This document shows positions 25,557 to 33,320 of a stretch of DNA of 64,000 nt, piece by piece; the first letter of the stretch is position 1, and each line of letters opens with the position of its first letter. Position numbers and translations under genes: made by a program. The notes beneath the pieces are model-generated. The model was not told where the DNA came from. It saw nothing but the letters and a program-made list of their open reading frames with translations, and made no database searches. This stretch comes from a virus: the IMG/VR virus record IMGVR_UViG_3300045684_000050, positions 1 to 64,000 of that record; one strand, 5' to 3'.

Positions 25557-25925
25557 TTAATTTGAGTGACGTTGTGAATATACCCGAAGGCAGTTTTTAC
25601 AGGCATTGCCGAGAGGTAGGTTTATTGTCATCCTAAAGTTGCCATTTTCATCAAATCCACGTCCGCAAATTGGAGCGGAAACATGGCTTGCTGGAATTAG
25701 ATTTTTAGAGTCTTTTCCTTCTCCGGCTTCATATACGAGGTGTAATTTTTGACCTCCTTTGATTTGCATATATCGCATGATAAATAATTGAAAAGATGAA
25801 AAGAAAACGGTCATTAACAAGGTACTCAACGTCAATACCTCCCATACGGTCGGTACTGCGTGAGTACAAACCGATATGTCCATTGCTCGTGCCTCACAAC
25901 GGCACATAGCCAAACCGTTGTGCAT
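25557..25925 (-). CDS. Cassette ORF; the N-terminal ~38 aa are site S13 read in frame, the true start is probably MRYMQIK
   Basis: C-terminal part KLHLVYE...APICGR...CKNC. Confidence 0.65.
   Translation of the reverse strand: MHNGLAMCRCEARAMDISVCTHAVPTVWEVLTLSTLLMTVFFSSFQLFIMRYMQIKGGQKLHLVYEAGEGKDSKNLIPASHVSAPICGRGFDENGNFRMTINLPLGNACKNCLRVYSQRHSN
25812..25923 (-). repeat. Composite attC-like site S13 (112 bp, two hairpins in tandem)
   Basis: GCACAAC..TATGT-GCC-GTTG-tgaggcacgag-CAAT-GG-ACATA, then GTACTCA-CG-CAGTACC..GGTATTG-a-CG-tTGAGTAC-ctt-GTTAATG. Confidence 0.75.
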
Positions 25926-25930
25926 AATAG

Positions 25931-26092
25931 CTACACACCAGATATACCCAATAATTTTAACTTAGCTTGGTGGTATTCTTCCATCGCATCGCTTATTCCA
26001 ATGTGTATATTGCCAATCATATAATAATACTCGCCAACGTGTTTCTCTAATATTTTAAGTCGTTCTCTATGTTCTATTGCTTCTTTGTTCAT
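25931..26092 (-). CDS. Small ORF (53 aa, ...HQAKLKLLGISGV*) ending at a degenerate right box
   Basis: Not in the ORF track; preceded by a left arm ATACAAC-gcttac-GGCTATG (26138-26144). Confidence 0.6.
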   Translation of the reverse strand: MNKEAIEHRERLKILEKHVGEYYYMIGNIHIGISDAMEEYHQAKLKLLGISGV

Positions 26093-26156
26093 TTCTGTTT
26101 TATTTAGTCGTTAAAATTTCTGTGCATAGCCGTAAGCGTTGTATCACATACGCCCA

Positions 26157-26294
26157 CTAATAATTCAAGCAACTACGGAAGTATTGTAACCCTTTTCCGT
26201 ACCCCCAATACCATCTGTGGCTTATTGTGTACATTCCAAGAAATCCATGCTCTACATAAGCCCATTTTTGTTGTCTGTTAAATCGTATTTTCAT
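26157..26294 (-). CDS. Small Trp/Tyr/Gly-rich ORF (45 aa), first cassette position
   Basis: Not in the ORF track; MKIRFNRQQKWAYVEHGFLG... Confidence 0.5.
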   Translation of the reverse strand: MKIRFNRQQKWAYVEHGFLGMYTISHRWYWGYGKGLQYFRSCLNY

Positions 26295-26448
26295 ATTCCT
26301 TTGAGTTACTCCTATTTATAACGCAAGTTAAAATAATATTTTAACTTAAGCAAATTAATTCGTACATCATGATTAACAATAACAAAATATAAATGATAGA
26401 AGACATTATATGTAACTGTGATAAATATATAGTTACATGTTCAGGTAG

Positions 26449-26670
26449 CAAGTTTGGGCAATAATAGAACGATGGAATATAGTAGTTCATCCTTGCTATT
26501 ATGCCGGGTGGTCTCGATGTTCTTGTAAATTTTGCACCTTTGGAAACAAAGGCCAATTTGCCAGTTCATTTAAAGTAAGCCTAAAACAAGGAGAAAAAAT
26601 AATCCAATGTGAAAAAGCTTATCCAGGAATCACATTTCAATTTATCGCTATAGCAACATCAAAAGAATAA
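26449..26670 (+). pseudogene. Fragment of a PAPS-reductase-family (Fe-S, DndC-like) gene
   Basis: No start codon, upstream TAG; reads QVWAIIERWNIVVHPCYYAGWSRCSCKFCTFGNKGQFAS. Confidence 0.5.
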
Positions 26671-26759
26671 AATGGAAATATATTTACAGGTGACTGGAAA
26701 TTACCAGCAGGTTCCTATGGTAAATCATATGGGCCAACCTAAATATCTACAAATTTATT

Positions 26760-29700
26760 TTACATATCTTCTGTATCGATACTTAATATAAGTCTTCTAA
26801 ATATCACCTCTACATTCGCAGGTTTAAGACTAAGTAATCTTATAACTACATAGTCATCATTAAATACTCCTTTCTGTTCTTTTTGGAGATCCCCAGCTTC
26901 ATAAATCTTTAATTCACTGTTATACTTGTTAAGTGGTGAAATACCATCAGGTACTTGATTTTTAAATTCTTCAACAACGATCCGGTTAGTTGACATTCTA
27001 AACTTAATTTCATCAGTCTCATTGATGTCGTTCAACAGATTCTCGTCAGTATCAATACCTAAATCTCTGAAATCTAACCATCCAGTAGATTGTCTTCCAT
27101 TGTGTACACTAAATTTCTCAAATAAAGGTATATCTAATTCAGTAACTACATCTCCATTATGTTGAAGCACCTCTCCAACCACCATGAAATTCCTTACTAT
27201 CCAATTCTGATATGTCTCTTTATCTACAATCGGAATCTCAACATACACAGGCGTAAGCTGTCCATAATATTCATTAAACCTACCTTGCACAAAATGTGTA
27301 TAGATGATACTCTCACTTAAACTAAACAGTTCAAATCTATTAAACAGAAATAAATCAGGTCTGTATAAATGGAAAGATAAGTAATATTGATTCTTAATAC
27401 TAAACGATACCAAGAAACTCTCATCCTTAAATCCTACTGGATCTCCTAATGTAATAGGACTGCCTTCTCTCATGAATTTGCCGTCACTATAAGTTGTTCC
27501 AGGATGACAGCTAAAGTCATATTTATATAGGTATATGATATCTTTCGCATAATCTATTCCTATATCGAAATATACTCCATCCTTACACTTTTGATCTACT
27601 ATGCTGAAGTCCGGGACATCATCCAATATTTTGAACCGTAAGTTCTCATCCATAAAATCTTCAAGACCTTTGAATGTGATATCCGTATCCTGTCGCCCTG
27701 TATACATCTTAAACCTTCTAGCATCTCTGTCAATATAAAAATATCCTCTGGCCGTTATCTTCGATGCATTAGGATCTTTATTCCCACCGTATCCAGTAAT
27801 TGCTCCTCCGTATATGTCTACCGGCTCGCCAAACAAATTAGCTTGTCCTAATAATATCTCTGTAGAATCTAGTTGAAGCCTTTGTCCTTTAAATGGCACA
27901 TGAAATATAGAATCAGTAGTATGAACACTCAATACATTCTGCATGTATATAAGCCTAGATATTTGACCTCGATCTCTTGGAATGGTTAATAATTGATTAG
28001 GTTTGAAATTTCTCCAGCTATCTAAATGGCTTTCTAATACCTGTTGATCTGACATTATAATCTTAGATGAATATCTACCTTCACATACCTGGGTGTCATA
28101 GTTCAATGGCATCCCAAAAATAAATCCTTCATAATTGATATCTGAGTGACTTACATCGTAGTTATAATGATTGTCCTCGAATCCTTTTGCTCTACCTGGA
28201 TCCATGGCAAAGTCTCCTCCGGGACCATCAGGCATCTTTCTGTCAGGTCTACACCATTCTAATCCTAAGATGCTATCTATAACTTTGTTATCAAGGTCTG
28301 AGTTTGCCCAATCTTTAATCCAAATGATACCTGCAGCTATTAATGCTATACCAAAACCCACAGCAAGTCCAGCTCCAACAGATCCGGCGAAAAAGAACCC
28401 ACTACCAATTTTTGATAAACCAGTATAAATAGCGATAATACCTTGATAGATAAAAAAGAATCCTGGTCCATATACCCATATGATATTTAATATCATTCTA
28501 AGTATCATCTTCCATCGTGGCGGTTCTTCCATAAAGAAAGCTATTCTATCTAACCATCCAAGTTCATAATCAGTACCTTCAGGAAAACTACTATCTAACT
28601 TCAATGTCTTTAATCTATCTTGATGTACCTCTGCAGTTCCGAAATCTAAGTTCTTATAATCACCTATTCTTATTGCCCCTGCTGCCCTATAATGTAAATT
28701 AGCATCTGACTGTAAGTAAGTCCTTACTAATGTCTTTAGTAAATGAGGAAAGTATGCATCAGGTGGTGTCTGTAATGTTATTGTAATAAACCATAGCTTA
28801 ATAATAATACCATCTTCTGATGGTGGTAATAATCCTGCCCCATCCTTGTCCGTTATAGCTCTCATTCCCCTCCTTAGAGATCCTAATGCATTCCTTACAT
28901 CATCTTTATCACCTGTCATAGGAACAGTGCCACATTCTTCAAAACCTGCTACCTTTAATATAGATCTAGCAATTGATGTCAGTAAATCAGAAATAACTCC
29001 ACCAATGATAGGAATATCAACTTCTATCTCTACAGAACCAAAATCTCCACTAGGACTTATTTCTTCAGGAACCTTATCAGATACAAATGCCGACCTCTTT
29101 ACACTAAAAGGACCAGTAAAGCTATCTCCACATATACCTTCCACTTCTCCTGTATCAAAACTTGTGCTGTCACCATGCAAACCTATAGGTATATATACCC
29201 TGTTTATAGAGCTGCCATATTGATTAGGCAGGTACTTCATTGTTGTTACATTCCAAGCTCTTGAGTCACCGATTAAACTTTCATGATCAATAGTATCACC
29301 AATGAAACTCAAATCATCAGCTCCATCACTACCATTCAATGATCCGGCTAATGGTCTGCTTCCGTTCTCTAAAGCTATCTTGCTACCATCAATCTCGACA
29401 TACATAGAACTCTCTCTATATGTATTCACTAAAGTATGAGTGAATTTATTATCCTTTGTGACTATAGAATCTGCAGGTGCATACTTCATTGCTTTTAAGC
29501 ATCTCAATATTGGACCTCCATCAGATCCTATTGGCGGCTGAAAATGATTCAATGATATACTCTGTGTTGTTCCGGCAAGATTTAACTTACTCTCAAATGG
29601 ACTCTCTGCAGGCCGGCCTTCAGAATATTGCTTGAATCTCCAACCACATCCAAATGTCTCTTGCTCGATTAGCAAATAATCACCATCAGTCCTTTTACCC

Positions 29701-32171
29701 CACAAGTGAATGTCAGACCCATGCAATATATAAGCAGGTACAGTAGATGCTGATCCTCTTCTGAATGTATTATTCCCTCCTGGATTGATGTCTTTATCGT
29801 AATATTCCAATGAATTAACCCCTAGTTTACCAAATAATGCTGTCTCTCCCTGAATCAAACCTGAATAAGTACCTATCATTAGGTTGTTACCAATGTTTGT
29901 TTTGTTCTGCTCAGTTCTAGGAGCATAGTATATGGTAAAAGGATTGGCCTTGCATAATCTTTTCTTAAATTCATCCGGAAGACTCTCCATTATCTTTTTG
30001 ATAGATAGTCCAGTAAAGATGGCAAAGGTGTCTCCATCAGGAGTATTGATGACATCATACTTATTCTCTACTCCACTCCTTAGAGATACATAATGTGGCT
30101 CTTTCGTTAATGAAGGAACTCTAAACCCTCTGACATTCTTCCCTGCCCACTCTCTATATACTGGAGGACATCCTTCTTCAGCTTTATCAACAATATCAGG
30201 ATATAACTGGTTAGTAAGTCCACAACCAAAGATGCCTTCGCTGTAAGGGATAGGAATAATATTAGAGACACAATCTAAATCTGATCCTAATATGTTTGGA
30301 CTAAAACCATTTGTATCTGTACCTCTAGCCTGTATATCTCCTCTTAATGATTGCCCTGATGGGAATGTCTTGTTCTTATTATCTCTCTTATACTCAGTCT
30401 GCTTGTCGTAGTGATAAGCATTATTTACATACTTCCATTTACCTCCCTGACACTCATAGCATGTCTGGCCGGAACATCGGATCTCTCCTTCTTTACTACA
30501 AGCTATCTGTGTATCTATATATTTTATCTTGTCACTAGGAGTTTTTGTGTCTGCATCGATCTTGGCAAAGTTCTTATTAGCATTGGGTAATGCTTGCTCT
30601 CTGGCACAATCAATAGGACTATGCCAACAATCCATATATAATGATGAATTTGCACCAAAAAAATCAGCTATAGCTATAATAAGATTATCTAAAAAAGATC
30701 TATTACAGTTAGCACAATCCAAATACTCATCTGCGTAATCTAACGCTTCTTCATCACCTGGAGTAAGAAATCCCTGGACATCACCTTCATCTCCTGAAGT
30801 CGTAGGAGGATCAACAATATTGCCAGGATCCGTAGCAGATTCTGTGCTCGTATCTCTAGGATCTATCTTAGGAGTTATGTTATTGTCAAACTCGAACTTC
30901 TCATTGCTATTGCTAAACTGCTCCTGGAATGCCTTGGATAACTCATTGGCATCAGTAATGTATAATTTTGTTCTTTGGGATGTATCTTGATAGGTAGGTA
31001 CTGCACACGTTCCACATTGTTCCCCTATAGGAGCACACTGACCCATATGATTAATGAATTCAAATGCTTTGGTCCGGGTGCCATCATCAAAGTTGAAACC
31101 AATGGCAGGAATATACATCTCATTAGCTTTCAATCCTTTATAATTCTTAGCTTCAGACATAGGTACTGCCCAACGCTTATAAAATACCTCCATCTTATTT
31201 ACATACTGCTGTAAACTCCAATCTCTCTCAGGCTCGACATTGAATAAGACTAATCTACCATCTACCGATTCATGATCTGCACCATTGTAATTGTGCTTGA
31301 TTCTGCTAGTAAGCTCAGTAAGCTTATCATCACCATCAGCAACATAACCCTCAACACCTGTATATGTATATCTTAGATATCCATTTCCGTAGCCTACATT
31401 CTCTATAACCCTGTATGTTTTTTTGGAATCTATTGTCCCGATGATCACTATGTCAGCTAGACTATATTCTTTCGGTAAGTCAGCGATCTCCATGGCTAAT
31501 GCTCCTTTTCCTTCTTCTCCAGGTCTGAAGTCTCCATGAGCAACACTTAGCGGTTGGCTGGTAATTGAATAATTGGTAGGATTACCATCGCTATCCTTTA
31601 CTCTTACAGATACTTTATAACTTCCATTAGCTAACCTGCCCATGCCATCGATGACAACAACTTTAGCTACTGCCACACACTTAGGTCTACATAACTTGGT
31701 ATCTGTGTAATCACAACAGGGATCTGTAATGTTTATAACCCGGTATACATTATCCGTCTGGAAATAAATGTGGATGTTATTGCAGTGAGATACATAGTTG
31801 ACATCTATATCTGTCCACACACAAGGAGAAAAACCTAATGGCATGTCTAACCCTGATGAGCTGTCATCCATTACTTTCATATACTGCTTTCTTTTGTAGT
31901 CTACTACTCCAACTTCTGATTGACCACCATTTAATATGAATGTAATGAAAACATCTTCTTCTTCTAATTCATAACACCCTCTCAAGTCTGCTCCTTCAGG
32001 AAGACATACTGATATCTTATTTGCTGTATCCGAAGAAATATAAGATAAAGCATGATCGGCTTGCTTCTTTGTAGTTCCGTAAGAATTAGTATAAGTATGA
32101 TCAGGCTGTTCTTGTGGTATTCCATCCCTATAAAGATGTGAAAATAAACGAACAATCGACTTTATTGGCAT
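26760..32171 (-). CDS. Large tail protein, crAss-like muzzle/stabilisation-protein type (1803 aa)
   Basis: N-terminal LYRDGIPQEQPDHTY, beta-rich and Cys-rich, C-terminal SFHLYRPD/FNEYYG pattern; family call by eye. Confidence 0.55.
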   Translation of the reverse strand: MPIKSIVRLFSHLYRDGIPQEQPDHTYTNSYGTTKKQADHALSYISSDTANKISVCLPEGADLRGCYELEEEDVFITFILNGGQSEVGVVDYKRKQYMKVMDDSSSGLDMPLGFSPCVWTDIDVNYVSHCNNIHIYFQTDNVYRVINITDPCCDYTDTKLCRPKCVAVAKVVVIDGMGRLANGSYKVSVRVKDSDGNPTNYSITSQPLSVAHGDFRPGEEGKGALAMEIADLPKEYSLADIVIIGTIDSKKTYRVIENVGYGNGYLRYTYTGVEGYVADGDDKLTELTSRIKHNYNGADHESVDGRLVLFNVEPERDWSLQQYVNKMEVFYKRWAVPMSEAKNYKGLKANEMYIPAIGFNFDDGTRTKAFEFINHMGQCAPIGEQCGTCAVPTYQDTSQRTKLYITDANELSKAFQEQFSNSNEKFEFDNNITPKIDPRDTSTESATDPGNIVDPPTTSGDEGDVQGFLTPGDEEALDYADEYLDCANCNRSFLDNLIIAIADFFGANSSLYMDCWHSPIDCAREQALPNANKNFAKIDADTKTPSDKIKYIDTQIACSKEGEIRCSGQTCYECQGGKWKYVNNAYHYDKQTEYKRDNKNKTFPSGQSLRGDIQARGTDTNGFSPNILGSDLDCVSNIIPIPYSEGIFGCGLTNQLYPDIVDKAEEGCPPVYREWAGKNVRGFRVPSLTKEPHYVSLRSGVENKYDVINTPDGDTFAIFTGLSIKKIMESLPDEFKKRLCKANPFTIYYAPRTEQNKTNIGNNLMIGTYSGLIQGETALFGKLGVNSLEYYDKDINPGGNNTFRRGSASTVPAYILHGSDIHLWGKRTDGDYLLIEQETFGCGWRFKQYSEGRPAESPFESKLNLAGTTQSISLNHFQPPIGSDGGPILRCLKAMKYAPADSIVTKDNKFTHTLVNTYRESSMYVEIDGSKIALENGSRPLAGSLNGSDGADDLSFIGDTIDHESLIGDSRAWNVTTMKYLPNQYGSSINRVYIPIGLHGDSTSFDTGEVEGICGDSFTGPFSVKRSAFVSDKVPEEISPSGDFGSVEIEVDIPIIGGVISDLLTSIARSILKVAGFEECGTVPMTGDKDDVRNALGSLRRGMRAITDKDGAGLLPPSEDGIIIKLWFITITLQTPPDAYFPHLLKTLVRTYLQSDANLHYRAAGAIRIGDYKNLDFGTAEVHQDRLKTLKLDSSFPEGTDYELGWLDRIAFFMEEPPRWKMILRMILNIIWVYGPGFFFIYQGIIAIYTGLSKIGSGFFFAGSVGAGLAVGFGIALIAAGIIWIKDWANSDLDNKVIDSILGLEWCRPDRKMPDGPGGDFAMDPGRAKGFEDNHYNYDVSHSDINYEGFIFGMPLNYDTQVCEGRYSSKIIMSDQQVLESHLDSWRNFKPNQLLTIPRDRGQISRLIYMQNVLSVHTTDSIFHVPFKGQRLQLDSTEILLGQANLFGEPVDIYGGAITGYGGNKDPNASKITARGYFYIDRDARRFKMYTGRQDTDITFKGLEDFMDENLRFKILDDVPDFSIVDQKCKDGVYFDIGIDYAKDIIYLYKYDFSCHPGTTYSDGKFMREGSPITLGDPVGFKDESFLVSFSIKNQYYLSFHLYRPDLFLFNRFELFSLSESIIYTHFVQGRFNEYYGQLTPVYVEIPIVDKETYQNWIVRNFMVVGEVLQHNGDVVTELDIPLFEKFSVHNGRQSTGWLDFRDLGIDTDENLLNDINETDEIKFRMSTNRIVVEEFKNQVPDGISPLNKYNSELKIYEAGDLQKEQKGVFNDDYVVIRLLSLKPANVEVIFRRLILSIDTEDM

Positions 32172-32192
32172 GTCTTAATGAATTAGCTATGC

Positions 32193-32200
32193 CAAAGATA
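32193..32200 (-). promoter_or_regulatory. Promoter box TATCTTTG for the stand-alone tail gene
   Basis: Exact TAnnTTTG 22 nt upstream of ATG 32171. Confidence 0.65.
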
Positions 32201-32220
32201 ATATATATAGACTTATATTG

Positions 32221-32412
32221 CTAATTTGTATTCTGCAGGTGACAGATCTCGATCATTCCTTTCGCGTCTATGAACTTTGCGTAAGTATGACGTATATTGT
32301 CAATGCTGCAATCATGCTTCTGAGCTACCTTGTGAACGTGCCACTTATCTGATGATTTTATGTCTTTGTTTTCTTTGCTCATTGTCTTAACGTTTAATAT
32401 GTTCTTTTCCAA
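32221..32412 (-). CDS. Hypothetical protein (about 53-63 aa; start uncertain)
   Basis: ORF track; internal ATG at MSKENK. Confidence 0.45.
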   Translation of the reverse strand: MEKNILNVKTMSKENKDIKSSDKWHVHKVAQKHDCSIDNIRHTYAKFIDAKGMIEICHLQNTN

Positions 32413-32510
32413 TATTTATGTTTACCCAATTTATCTTGACGATAACAACTTCTTCGATCTAATCTATAACCTACTGTTATTTTATCTCCTAATTTCATAT
32501 TTTTTCTTTT

Positions 32511-32541
32511 AAAAGGAACCCGAGATTTTACCCCGGATTCC
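32511..32541 (-). terminator. Rho-independent terminator
   Basis: Minus strand GGAATCCG-N11-CGGGTTCC followed by TTTT. Confidence 0.65.
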
Positions 32542-32565
32542 AAATGGCGAACCACATCACAACTA

Positions 32566-32910
32566 TTACATATCTGAAGGAAGAATCACATTAGCCAGTA
32601 ATTTAGCAAAATATGCATCTCCTTGTTCTTCTATTCGAAAATATTCATTATACTCATCCTCAGTTATCTCTTTCCAATCTACACTCCGGATTCGATAATG
32701 TAACGTCTCTGGCTTCAAAGCATGAGATCCAGGATCTATCTTTACATAATCAGAAAAATTAAATCTTAGCTTCATGGGATTTCCAGAATAATTGAAAACC
32801 TTTCTCTCTTTTATGAAATCTATGTGATGGCCACTAGGAGTTCCATTTACATCATAGCTAGACATCTCAATCTTCCATTCTTGTTCGATATTTAAAATGT
32901 AGTAATTCAT
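32566..32910 (-). CDS. Hypothetical protein (114 aa)
   Basis: ATG ORF in the operon. Confidence 0.75.
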   Translation of the reverse strand: MNYYILNIEQEWKIEMSSYDVNGTPSGHHIDFIKERKVFNYSGNPMKLRFNFSDYVKIDPGSHALKPETLHYRIRSVDWKEITEDEYNEYFRIEEQGDAYFAKLLANVILPSDM

Positions 32911-32917
32911 GATATTA

Positions 32918-33130
32918 TTATTTATAATTTTCTAATCTTTTTTCCATATTCTTCCTATCCGTCCGTAACTTTTTTAAATCTTCTCTCAGATGAAGGATAT
33001 AGTCAGCCTCGTTTGCAGTTATCTTTGACTTCATAGTGAGCTCTTGTATCCTACTATTAAACGTTTCAATCTGAGAATTTATAGCGGCTAATCTCCTTTC
33101 CGAATATCTCTTAAATGTAACGTATCCCAT
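32918..33130 (-). CDS. Coiled-coil hypothetical protein (70 aa)
   Basis: ATG ORF in the operon. Confidence 0.7.
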   Translation of the reverse strand: MGYVTFKRYSERRLAAINSQIETFNSRIQELTMKSKITANEADYILHLREDLKKLRTDRKNMEKRLENYK

Positions 33131-33139
33131 ATCAATATA

Positions 33140-33313
33140 CTATTTAACTTTTACTTGAATATCTTTCACATAACCTTTAGGCAAATCAAATATGCCTTCA
33201 CTATGCCAAATAGCATATTCGTGATTATTTCCTTTGGTGATAGTAATCGTCTCATTTTTATTTATGACGTAATCACCTAATGGTATTTTAACTTTTGCTT
33301 TTGCTTCTGCCAT
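33140..33313 (-). CDS. Small hypothetical protein (57 aa, MAEAKAKVKIPLGDYVINK...)
   Basis: Not in the ORF track; fills the gap after the helicase. Confidence 0.65.
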   Translation of the reverse strand: MAEAKAKVKIPLGDYVINKNETITITKGNNHEYAIWHSEGIFDLPKGYVKDIQVKVK

Positions 33314-33320
33314 CCACATA

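Larger units (their letters stand above)
20432..26347 (-). mobile_element. Integron-like gene-cassette array (cluster of attC-like sites, no integrase in the window)
   Basis: At least 13 imperfect hairpins of 55-136 bp bounded by YAAC and GTTR, each just after or overlapping a stop codon and all in one orientation. Several cassettes have complementary ends. Confidence 0.75.

Noticed and set aside
20432-26347. Cassette hairpins read as ordinary terminators or CRISPR repeats
   Set aside because: Most lack T tracts, differ in sequence and length, are separated by genes, and share YAAC/GTTR ends with cassette-specific complementarity.
26341-26556. 71-aa TTG-start minus ORF
   Set aside because: Antisense to the PAPS-reductase-like relic; no credible leader.
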